A DNA stretch of 27,411 bases. It comes from an uncultured bacterium. Its GTDB lineage: Bacteria > Omnitrophota > Omnitrophia > Omnitrophales > Danuiimicrobiaceae. Shown here in pieces: positions 8,395 through 16,560 of the stretch. Location: NCBI GenBank assembly GCA_964522565.1, contig CAZFUU010000001.1, forward strand, positions 1-27,411, in the 5' to 3' direction. The notes beneath the pieces are model-generated. The model was not told the origin of the DNA. It saw nothing but the letters and a program-made list of their open reading frames with translations, and did no database searches. The position numbers were made by a program, and so were the translations under genes. The first letter of the stretch is position 1, and each line of letters opens with the position of its first letter.

Positions 8395-9903
8395 ATGAAA
8401 GTAAAATTCCAGAACAAAGTATTAATGATTGGTTGCGGGGCTGTCGCGCAATGTTCACTCCCGATCATCAAAGATTTAATCGACATACCTTTCTCGAATA
8501 TTACCATCATGGATTTTGTCGATAACCGAAAGGAATTGCAGGTCCAAAATGCTTTAGGCCTGGGGGCTCGATATGTCATCGACAAAGTGACCAAAGATAA
8601 CTATAAAACGCTTCTTTCCCAATATGTCGGGAATGGAGACATGATTATCGACCTCGCCTGGGACATTGATACCTGCGATATGCTTCAATGGTGCCGGGAA
8701 CAAAACATTCTTTACATTAACGCCTCCTTCGAGCTCTGGGAGGCCTATACGGGCGACCAAGGCAAACACCCGACCGAATTTACGCTTTACGCGCGTCACA
8801 TGGTGTTAAGGAAAATTCTTGAAGGATGGAAAGACAACAAGGGCGCGACAGCGGTCCTGGATCACGGAGCAAACCCGGGGCTTATTTCTCATTTGGCCAA
8901 GCAGGGGCTTGAAGATATCGCCAATAAACTGATCTCCGAAAAGCCGACGGATGCGCGAGTGCCGGATTTAAAAAAATACCTCGCGGAGCAGAATTTCTCA
9001 AAGCTGGCTCAGCTGGAAGGCGTCAAAACAATCCACATCAGTGAACGCGACACCCAAATCACCTCAAAGCCGAAAAAGGTCAACGAGTTTGTTAACACCT
9101 GGAGCGTGTTGGGAATTTATGAAGAAGCGGTCGCGCCGGCAGAGCTCGGCTGGGGGACGCATGAACGGTTTATCCCAAAAGGCGCGATGTTTCATCGCGA
9201 GGGGCCTAAAAATCAGATTTGCCTCAGAAGCAAAGGCATGAAAACCTGGGTCAGGTCCTGGGTGCCCTGCGGAGAAATCACAGGAATGGTGATTCGCCAC
9301 GGCGAGGCCTTTTCGATATCGGAATATTTAACGGTATCGGAAGGCGGCAAGCCCGTTTACCGCCCTACGGTTCATTACGCCTATTGCTGCAGTGATATGG
9401 CGGTCAATTCACTGCATGAACTCGAAATGCGGCAGTATGACCTGCAAAAAGCACATCGAATCGTCAATGATGATATCACCGAAGGAAACGACGAGCTCGG
9501 ATGCCTCCTGATGGGGCATGACTTTAATTCCTGGTGGATCGGAAGCGTGCTGGACATCCATGAAGCCAGAAAGCTCGCGGCCGGGCAAAACGCGACAACA
9601 GTTCAAGTCGCCATTGGCGTCGTCGCGGCGGTTTGCTGGATGATACAAAATCCGCGCGAGGGCGTTTGCCTGCCTGAGCAATTGCCGCACAAGCAAATTC
9701 TGGAAACCTCCAAACCCTACCTTGGAAAATTTATTTCCCAAGCCGTGGATTGGACACCGGTAAAAAGCCGGAAAAACCTGTTCCTGGATTACGGCTATCA
9801 GGAGCCCAAACCGGAAGATACCTGGCAATTCACGACGTTTCTGGTCGATCCCTATGAGGTGGAGGAGCTTTCCGCCGCCGAATATGAAGAAGTCCGATCT
9901 TAG
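8395..9903 (+). CDS. hss: Homospermidine synthase
   Basis: KVLMIGCGAVA Rossmann motif, DHGANPGLISH, NTWS..GIYEE, ELGWGTHE, VIRHGEAFSI, RPTVHYAY and NATTVQVA. Start at ATG 8395 after AAGGGG. Confidence 0.92.
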   Translation: MKVKFQNKVLMIGCGAVAQCSLPIIKDLIDIPFSNITIMDFVDNRKELQVQNALGLGARYVIDKVTKDNYKTLLSQYVGNGDMIIDLAWDIDTCDMLQWCREQNILYINASFELWEAYTGDQGKHPTEFTLYARHMVLRKILEGWKDNKGATAVLDHGANPGLISHLAKQGLEDIANKLISEKPTDARVPDLKKYLAEQNFSKLAQLEGVKTIHISERDTQITSKPKKVNEFVNTWSVLGIYEEAVAPAELGWGTHERFIPKGAMFHREGPKNQICLRSKGMKTWVRSWVPCGEITGMVIRHGEAFSISEYLTVSEGGKPVYRPTVHYAYCCSDMAVNSLHELEMRQYDLQKAHRIVNDDITEGNDELGCLLMGHDFNSWWIGSVLDIHEARKLAAGQNATTVQVAIGVVAAVCWMIQNPREGVCLPEQLPHKQILETSKPYLGKFISQAVDWTPVKSRKNLFLDYGYQEPKPEDTWQFTTFLVDPYEVEELSAAEYEEVRS

Positions 9904-11029
9904 CCCGAACGGCAATACGATTGAAAATCTGATCCGGCAGTCCGTCAAAAAACACGGAACGCCGGTCATGCTGATCCGCAGGACTGTCCTCAAAAAACAG
10001 TTCCAGCGGTTCAGAAAATCTCTGCCCCACGTCGTTCCCTACTACGCGATTAAGGCGAACCCGAATCCCGAAATCATTAAAACATTCGCCCGGCTGGGCG
10101 CTAATTTTGACGTGGCGAGCGCGCGCGAAATGGAGGCCGTGCTCAATCTAAAAGTTTCCCCCAAGCGCATCATTTTCGCAAACACAATCAAATCCACGGC
10201 CGATATTGCCGCCGCGCATAAGGCAAACGTCAATTTAATGACGTTCGACAACGAGCCGGAACTTTACAAAATCGCGAAATACGCGCCCGGCACGCGCGTT
10301 CTGATCCGCATCAAGGTCGGAAATGTCGGAAGCATTGTCGAGCTGTCTCTCAAATTCGGCGCGGATCCGGAACATGCCGTTTTCCTTCTGCGCAAAGCGC
10401 GGGCACTGGGGCTTCAGCCCATCGGCGTCGCGTTCCACGTCGGATCCCAATGCACCAATATCGCCAACTACACCCAGGCGCTCGAAATTTGCGCGCATAT
10501 TTTCAGGGAAGCGAAAGCGGAAGGAATGGCGCTCCGGATGCTGGACATCGGCGGCGGATTCCCCATCCGGCACTTCGACCGCGAAAAGCAGCTCATGTTT
10601 GAAGATATCGCCCGGAAAATACAGAATGAACGCCTGCGTCTTTTTGATTCGCGCGTCAAAGTCATCGCCGAGCCCGGCAGGTTTTTTGTTGGCCCGGCCG
10701 GCATTCTCGTCACACAAGTTGTCGGGCGCGCCTATCGCAACAACAAAAATTATTATTACGTCAATGACGGGGTCTACGGGGATTTCTCCGGAATCGTTTT
10801 CGATCACTGCAAGTATGAATTCAAGACCCTGCGGCGCGGACAGAAGTTTTTATCCACCATCGCCGGCCCCACGTGCGATTCTTTCGACATTATTTCCCTG
10901 ACGGAAGAACTCCCCGAGCTCGATTTGGGGAATGTGATTTACGTGAAAAATATCGGCGCTTATTCTTCGGCAAGCGCTGTTCAGGGATTTAACGGGTTTC
11001 TGCCCGCCAAAGTGGTTCTGGTGGATTAA
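9884..11029 (+). CDS. PLP-dependent (alanine-racemase fold, type III) ornithine/lysine decarboxylase
   Basis: YYAIKANP (PLP Lys), FDVAS, FHVGSQC, LDIGGGFP, EPGRFF and GPTCDS. Start is either 9884 or 9854; both overlap the hss end. Confidence 0.92.
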   Translation: MKKSDLSPNGNTIENLIRQSVKKHGTPVMLIRRTVLKKQFQRFRKSLPHVVPYYAIKANPNPEIIKTFARLGANFDVASAREMEAVLNLKVSPKRIIFANTIKSTADIAAAHKANVNLMTFDNEPELYKIAKYAPGTRVLIRIKVGNVGSIVELSLKFGADPEHAVFLLRKARALGLQPIGVAFHVGSQCTNIANYTQALEICAHIFREAKAEGMALRMLDIGGGFPIRHFDREKQLMFEDIARKIQNERLRLFDSRVKVIAEPGRFFVGPAGILVTQVVGRAYRNNKNYYYVNDGVYGDFSGIVFDHCKYEFKTLRRGQKFLSTIAGPTCDSFDIISLTEELPELDLGNVIYVKNIGAYSSASAVQGFNGFLPAKVVLVD

Positions 11030-11301
11030 GCTTGAGGCGGCCGATTCCTGTATTTGAGAACGGCCGCGAAGACGCCGGAAAACAGAATTAAATTAAATAT
11101 CCCGAATATTCGAAACACGGGATCGGAAGACCGCAATGCCGCCGGCGTCATCAACAAAATACAGCTCCATATCCCGACAGCCCAGACCATACTAATATCA
11201 GAAGATGATTTCCGGCGAAGAATGTGCACAATGAGCGGCAGATTAAAAAACGGCAAAATGACGCTCGCGATTAATCCGACCTTTTGAATTACCTCATCCA
11301 T
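11026..11301 (-). CDS. PQ-loop/SemiSWEET-like 3-TM protein
   Basis: 91 aa, three hydrophobic helices, NLPLIVHILRRKSSSDIS (PQ motif appears as PL), AGGAGG upstream. Confidence 0.75.
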   Translation of the reverse strand: MDEVIQKVGLIASVILPFFNLPLIVHILRRKSSSDISMVWAVGIWSCILLMTPAALRSSDPVFRIFGIFNLILFSGVFAAVLKYRNRPPQA

Positions 11302-11481
11302 AAAGCGTTAACTGCCTCCTGTCTTTCGAGTTGCCTTTTAATCAGAAACGATCTTGTGCCTAATTGACACACCTGTCACACAGCTTTTTGACCGCCGCGC
11401 AGCCCATCCCCGAAAACAAAATTTTAATAACTCATTGTATTTCATGAGGATACGTTAATCAAGCGGCTTTCGTAATCATTC

Positions 11482-11497
11482 TGGCACGCCGAATGCA
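11482..11497 (+). promoter_or_regulatory. Sigma54 (-24/-12) promoter of hsp20
   Basis: TGGCAC-GCCGA-ATGCA, with GG and GC separated by exactly 10 nt, 64 nt before the ATG. Confidence 0.65.
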
Positions 11498-11561
11498 AAA
11501 ATAAAATCGAACAATTAATGAAAAATCAAAAAAACCAAAAAAATAACAGGAGAATCAAGCC

Positions 11562-12029
11562 ATGAACACGATAAAAAAATATAATTCCGGATTCTGGAAT
11601 CCGCTTCATGAGCTCGAACATCTGCAGGATGAGATGAACAAGCTCTTTGATTTTTCGCTGATACGCCGTCCGGCTCAAGGCGGAGATTTTTTGGCGGGAT
11701 TGTGGTCGCCGGCCGTGGACATCAGAGATTCAAAAGACAAGCTGATCGTCAAAGCCGACATCCCGGGTATCGAAAAAGATGACCTGAAAGTCACCGTGGA
11801 AAATGGCGTGCTCATCATTCAAGGCGAACGCAGATTCCAGCAGGAAGAAAAGAAAGACGATTTTATCCGCACCGAGCGGTCGTATGGCGCGTTTCAGCGC
11901 GCATTGCAATTGCCAACGGCAGTAGACGCGAATAAAATCCAGGCAACCTGCAAAAACGGGGTTTTGGAGCTTGTGCTCCCAAAAACCGAAGAAGCAAAAC
12001 CGAAACAAATTCAAATTGACGTCAAATGA
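11562..12029 (+). CDS. Small heat shock protein Hsp20/alpha-crystallin family
   Basis: SPAVDIRD, ADIPGIEKDD, ERSYGAFQRALQLP, NGVLELVLPK and the C-terminal IQI motif. Confidence 0.95.
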   Translation: MNTIKKYNSGFWNPLHELEHLQDEMNKLFDFSLIRRPAQGGDFLAGLWSPAVDIRDSKDKLIVKADIPGIEKDDLKVTVENGVLIIQGERRFQQEEKKDDFIRTERSYGAFQRALQLPTAVDANKIQATCKNGVLELVLPKTEEAKPKQIQIDVK

Positions 12030-12033
12030 AAAA

Positions 12034-12073
12034 CGGGCGGCTGATTTCATAAGTCAGCCGCCCGCTTTTTTTT
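12034..12073 (+). terminator. Intrinsic terminator after hsp20, probably bidirectional
   Basis: CGGGCGGCTGA-loop-TCAGCCGCCCG followed by a T8 run, with an A-run on the 5' side. Confidence 0.9.
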
Positions 12074-12095
12074 ATTCAGAAGTTTGATTTTGATT

Positions 12096-12629
12096 TTATA
12101 GTGCTTCGACTTTGTTGACCGCTTCAACGGTTTCCGCTTTAACTTCCTCTGTTTTTTCCACCATCGGCATTCCTCCGCCTTCTACCGCCTCAACGGAAAG
12201 ACCAGGCGTTTCGGGGACACGCCCGACCGCGACCATTTCCTCCGGCATGATTTCTTTCAGGGGAGTCACAGAATGTCCTTGCCCGGTTTTTAGTGTGGGG
12301 CCGCCGACTGATTCGGCCCGTTTTTCCAAACCCGGAGGCGGGTAAGGCATATTCGTGCCCGCCTTGATGGGAACGGCTTGAGGTTTTGGCATTGCCTTGG
12401 TCTCAATGCTTTTCGGAGAAGCTTTCACGGTTTCCACTGCCCGAGGCGCCGCGGGCGTTTCAACTTTACTTTCTTTCGGCGCCCAAATCCAACTCCACCA
12501 CGATCTTCCCGATTCTTTGACTTTTTCCCCGGAAGATCCCGATTGGGCCATGACAGGAGCTGCCGCAAGGCCGAAAAGAAGTCCGCCGGCAACAAGTATC
12601 GAAACAGCGATTTTAAGCTCTTTTTTCAT
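12096..12629 (-). CDS. Secreted low-complexity (Pro/Glu/Lys/Val-rich) hypothetical protein, ~177 aa
   Basis: Signal peptide MKKELKIAV...APVMA. ATG 12629 follows GAGAGGA. Confidence 0.75.
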   Translation of the reverse strand: MKKELKIAVSILVAGGLLFGLAAAPVMAQSGSSGEKVKESGRSWWSWIWAPKESKVETPAAPRAVETVKASPKSIETKAMPKPQAVPIKAGTNMPYPPPGLEKRAESVGGPTLKTGQGHSVTPLKEIMPEEMVAVGRVPETPGLSVEAVEGGGMPMVEKTEEVKAETVEAVNKVEAL

Positions 12630-12759
12630 ACATTCCTCTCTTTCTTTTTGCGCACGTACCATTCATTACCTATAGATTAATACGAGCGCTGTTCGGGAGC
12701 AATCTTTTTTCCGGGCTTCTTTCGGTCGGAAGCTGGAGGAATTTCGATGGATTTTTGTT

Positions 12760-13614
12760 CTAAAAATCAAATGCGGCGATATGAGGCAAAAGCAGCCGCA
12801 GACCGGCCAAAAAACCGACGGCGCCCGCGAGCACAACAGCGGCTTGAAACGGCATCAATTCCAGGTTTTTCTTCGCGAGGTAAAAATACGCGATCACAAT
12901 GAACGCCCAAGTCAATCCCGCCGCCGTCCCTTCAATCGCAGCCGCGTGAATTTTAAGATCAGGCACTGCCAACAGGAGGATGAGAGGCAAAGCTCCCTTG
13001 ACCAGCAAGATCACGACTAAGCTTATCACCATTATTTTCCCCTGAAACAGCATGGCATCCGAAACAGCGCAGGGGCTTCCCATCAAGGAGGTCAATGCCT
13101 TCATGATAAAGGAAAAAAGCACGATTCCGACCAAAACAAAAAAAGAAAACCGTGTCATTCGCTCCCTGTTGATTTGATTGACGAGGTCGTCTCCGAATGC
13201 CTGACGGAAGATCAGGGACATCCATTCCGCAGTTTTAAGCCCTGTCACTTCGGAAAAACCGCGGACATTCGGACGCTGCGGCGCCGGCTCAGACAGCGGC
13301 TTTCCTTTTCGCTCCAACATCCCGCTTATTTTTTCGGTTAGAAAATTCCAAAGGTCGAAGGATTTTTCCGGTTTTTCCCGGGCGGGGGCGCGACTTTCAG
13401 CCACAATTTTCCGGATTTCCGAACGGTAAACTTTGATTTTTCCGCCGTCCACCTGGACCACGAGATGATCGGACGCTTCCTGAACGATATTTCCGCTTAT
13501 CCGGTTACCGTTCCGCAGAAAAATTTCATCAGCGAGAAGAACGCCGCTTGACAGGAAAGAAAATACAATGATTGTCGCAACCCAACAAAAAAAATTATAT
13601 CGAATAAATCGCAT
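12760..13614 (-). CDS. Hypothetical protein: signal peptide, DxIxLRNGxxIxGxI small beta domain, C-terminal multi-TM region
   Basis: 284-aa ORF with AAGGGG SD, DEIFLRNGNRISGNIV and about four C-terminal hydrophobic helices. Confidence 0.8.
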   Translation of the reverse strand: MRFIRYNFFCWVATIIVFSFLSSGVLLADEIFLRNGNRISGNIVQEASDHLVVQVDGGKIKVYRSEIRKIVAESRAPAREKPEKSFDLWNFLTEKISGMLERKGKPLSEPAPQRPNVRGFSEVTGLKTAEWMSLIFRQAFGDDLVNQINRERMTRFSFFVLVGIVLFSFIMKALTSLMGSPCAVSDAMLFQGKIMVISLVVILLVKGALPLILLLAVPDLKIHAAAIEGTAAGLTWAFIVIAYFYLAKKNLELMPFQAAVVLAGAVGFLAGLRLLLPHIAAFDF

Positions 13615-13674
13615 CGGGGCCCCTTTTTAAATAATCATCGGCATCGCCCCAAAATAGCTTAGGCCTCAAACCGG

Positions 13675-14016
13675 TCAGCTCAAGGCCTTTTCGCCGCGTT
13701 CTTTCGTTCTGATCCGAATCGCCTCGGCGATCTCCGATACAAACAATTTGCCGTCTCCCACATTGCCGGTGTAGGCCTCCTCTAAAATCGCCGCGACGAT
13801 CACTTCCACATTCTTGTCGGCCACGACAATCTCAACCTTGATTTTGGGCAAGGTCTCTATGCGAAATTCTTCCCCCCGCCATTTTTGAACAAGCCCTTTC
13901 TGAAGGCCATGCCCTTCTATTTCGGTAATGGTAATCCCCGGATACCCGCATTGCTCCAATACTTTGCGGACAGCGTCCAGTTTTTCGGGTCTGATAATGG
14001 CTTCGATTTTTTTCAT
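13675..14016 (-). CDS. glnK: PII nitrogen regulatory protein (GlnK-type by linkage to amt)
   Basis: MKKIEAIIRPEKL, GHGLQKG, LPKIKVEIVV, TGNVGDGKLFV and IRIRTKERG. ATG overlaps the amt stop (TGATG) and has an AGGAGG SD. Confidence 0.93.
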   Translation of the reverse strand: MKKIEAIIRPEKLDAVRKVLEQCGYPGITITEIEGHGLQKGLVQKWRGEEFRIETLPKIKVEIVVADKNVEVIVAAILEEAYTGNVGDGKLFVSEIAEAIRIRTKERGEKALS

Positions 14017-15395
14017 CACAGCGCCTCCTGTTGATTATTTTTTTCACATTTCGGCTGTTTTTTGAGACGCGAGCCGTTGACCATATTCGCAATGACGTAG
14101 ACGGGTTTGCGTACCACAAAATCCGCGTAAGCAAAGTTTCCGTGTTCGCCGATATCGAGGCCCAGGATTTCTTCGTTCAAACTCACCCGCACGCCAACCC
14201 ATTTTTTAATTCCCCACCAGGCCAAACCGGCCAGAAAAAAAGTGAAAATTCCCACCGAAACAACGCCGGTCATTTGGGCCTGCAGCAGCTTCGTGCCTCC
14301 TCCGAAAAAGAGCCCGTTTCCCGTTGTGCCCGGGCTGACCCAGTCCTCGGCAAAAAGGCCGACACAAAGCGTCCCAAAAATTCCGTTCACTAAATGCACC
14401 GCTGTCGCTCCGACCGGATCATCGATGTGAATCTGATCGAAAAACAGAACCGCGAACACAACCAGAATGCCCGCAAAAAATCCGATAATCGCCGAACTGG
14501 CGACGCTGACAAATGCGCACGATGCCGTAATCGCCACAAGCCCCGCTAGGCATCCGTTAATCGTCATGCTCAAATCCGGCTTTTTCAACACAATCCAGGA
14601 TGTGGCGGTCGAAGATATAATCGCCGCGCAGGCCGCCATATTGGTCGTAACGCAAATATGCGCGATCAAGCCGGGATCTGCGGCCATTGTACTTCCGGGA
14701 TTAAAGCCGAACCATCCGAGCCATAAAACCATCGCTCCAATCAGGGCCAAAGATAAATTATGTCCCGGAATCGCATTGATTCTTCCGTCAGCCGTAAATT
14801 TTCCGAAACGCGGCCCTAAAATAATCGCTCCGGCAAGAGCCGCCCAGCCGCCGACCGAATGAACGACCGTAGAACCCGCAAAATCCCAGAATCCAAGTTC
14901 CGCGAGCCACCCGCCTCCCCAAATCCAGTGTCCCGTCACCGGATACATAAAAGCGACCAGAAAAAAAGAAAACAAAATAAAAGATAAATATTTGATCCGG
15001 CCGCCGACGGCGCCGGAAACAATGGTCGCGGCCGTCCCGGCAAAAACCAGCTGGAAGAAAAATTTCGCCAATAACGGCACGCCGGTCCAGTTAATCGCGG
15101 AATACACCCCCAGGTACGCCGCACCCGTCGCCGGGCTGTTGTCCGTTCCACCCAGCATCCATAAGCCGTTAAACCCGATAAACCCGTTCCCGTCGCCAAA
15201 CATCAAGCCCCACCCGATTAACCAAAACGAAATGGTTGAACAGGCGAAGACGACAAAGTTTTTCGACAGGACGTTGACGCAATTTTTGCTTTGTTGAAAC
15301 CCGGCTTCCACGCATCCAAAGCCAAGATTCATAAAAAAAACCAGCATGGCTGTCCCGAGAACCCATAAAGTGTCAGCGACAATTTTGATGTCCAT
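14016..15395 (-). CDS. amtB: Ammonium transporter Amt
   Basis: FFQLVFAGTAATIVSGA, HWIWGGGWL, DFAGSTVVHSVGGW (His1), WLGWFGFNPGS, DDPVGATAVH (His2) and GLDIGEHG. Start placed at ATG 15395. Confidence 0.95.
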   Translation of the reverse strand: MDIKIVADTLWVLGTAMLVFFMNLGFGCVEAGFQQSKNCVNVLSKNFVVFACSTISFWLIGWGLMFGDGNGFIGFNGLWMLGGTDNSPATGAAYLGVYSAINWTGVPLLAKFFFQLVFAGTAATIVSGAVGGRIKYLSFILFSFFLVAFMYPVTGHWIWGGGWLAELGFWDFAGSTVVHSVGGWAALAGAIILGPRFGKFTADGRINAIPGHNLSLALIGAMVLWLGWFGFNPGSTMAADPGLIAHICVTTNMAACAAIISSTATSWIVLKKPDLSMTINGCLAGLVAITASCAFVSVASSAIIGFFAGILVVFAVLFFDQIHIDDPVGATAVHLVNGIFGTLCVGLFAEDWVSPGTTGNGLFFGGGTKLLQAQMTGVVSVGIFTFFLAGLAWWGIKKWVGVRVSLNEEILGLDIGEHGNFAYADFVVRKPVYVIANMVNGSRLKKQPKCEKNNQQEAL

Positions 15396-15446
15396 AGCGT
15401 GCCTTTCCCTGGAAAAGATTGAAAAATTGATACACAACCATAAGAA

Positions 15447-15462
15447 AGCAACGACTGTGCCA
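15447..15462 (-). promoter_or_regulatory. Sigma54 (-24/-12) promoter of amt-glnK
   Basis: Minus strand TGGCAC-AGTCG-TTGCT is a perfect match to TGGCAC-N5-TTGCW, 51 nt before the ATG. Confidence 0.85.
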
Positions 15463-15587
15463 ATCTCGGGAAAATCCAATCTTGCGAAAGGCAAAAAATT
15501 TTGAGGAAACCCTGTTTACGCGGGACAGAGAGCTCGAAGCAACTTTTCGGTAAAAACGATGACAATTTTGTATGACTCTTTTGGCTG

Positions 15588-16541
15588 CTATTTTTTGCGG
15601 AAAAGCGCGATGAAAAAACCTTCCATCTCTGAGGTGGGCAAAATACGGATTGTTTTATTCACGTCAGCTAAAAAAGCCTGTTTGCCCCAAGATAAAATTC
15701 CGCGCATCTGGTTTGGAAACGGAAGAGAGGGCATTTCCAGGGAAAGCGTTTCCTTGAATCGCTCAAGCGCCCAGTGAACGACACTTTCGTTTTCTTCCGG
15801 CGCAAAGGTGCAGGTGGAGTAAACCAAAACGCCGCCCGGCTTCAACGCCTCAACCGCGGAATAGAGAAGCTTCTTTTGTTTACGCGCCATTTCTTCCGTT
15901 TTTTGCGGCTTCCAGAATCCGTAGGATTTCGGCTCCCGGACATCAAACCTGCCTTCCGCGCTGCACGGCGCGTCCAGCAAAATCCGGTCAAACGCACCGG
16001 GAAAATTCCGGCCGAACGCTTCACCGTATTTCATCGAAAGTTCGGCGTTTTTGACGCCTTGCATTTCCAAATTGGCTTTCAATTTAAAAAAACGGATCCG
16101 ATTATTATCATTCGCGACCAATCTTCCTTCGTTCCGCATCCAACAGGCGATTTGCGTCGTTTTGCTGCCAGGAGCGGCGGTCATGTCCAAAATATTTTCT
16201 CCCGGCTGAGGGGAAAGCGCCAGCACGGGAACCATGCTCGAAAGCGCCTGCACATAAATCGCGCCGGTCCGGTAAATATCGGTTTGCTGAAGTTCGCGGA
16301 GCCGTCCCTCGCGCAAAATCATCGCGTCCCGGTACCAAGGCACCGGATCGACCCGGAAACCTCCAAACGATCGCAAAGCGTCCAGTATGGTTTCCCGGGT
16401 TGCCCGAAGGGTGTTCACCCGAAAAGTAGTCGGCTTCGGTTCGGCAAACGTATTGGCAATCGAATCGAATTTTCCGGAAGGAAAAATCCGGTGTAATCGT
16501 TCGAGAAACAGCGGTGGCAGGCGTCGGACTTCGTTTTTCAT
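15588..16541 (-). CDS. rsmF: RsmB/RsmF (NOL1/NOP2/Sun) RNA m5C methyltransferase
   Basis: DMTAAPGSKTTQIA, ILLDAPCSAEG, GVLVYSTCT and EGFFIALF. The choice of rsmF over rsmB is less certain. Confidence 0.85.
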   Translation of the reverse strand: MKNEVRRLPPLFLERLHRIFPSGKFDSIANTFAEPKPTTFRVNTLRATRETILDALRSFGGFRVDPVPWYRDAMILREGRLRELQQTDIYRTGAIYVQALSSMVPVLALSPQPGENILDMTAAPGSKTTQIACWMRNEGRLVANDNNRIRFFKLKANLEMQGVKNAELSMKYGEAFGRNFPGAFDRILLDAPCSAEGRFDVREPKSYGFWKPQKTEEMARKQKKLLYSAVEALKPGGVLVYSTCTFAPEENESVVHWALERFKETLSLEMPSLPFPNQMRGILSWGKQAFLADVNKTIRILPTSEMEGFFIALFRKK

Positions 16542-16560
16542 ATCAATTCAATCGCGCGCG

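Noticed and set aside
9409-10901. 190-194-aa alternative-frame ORFs
   Set aside because: They lie over hss and the decarboxylase, which have clear family motifs.
15396-15494. Extension of amt
   Set aside because: It would run through the sigma54 promoter.
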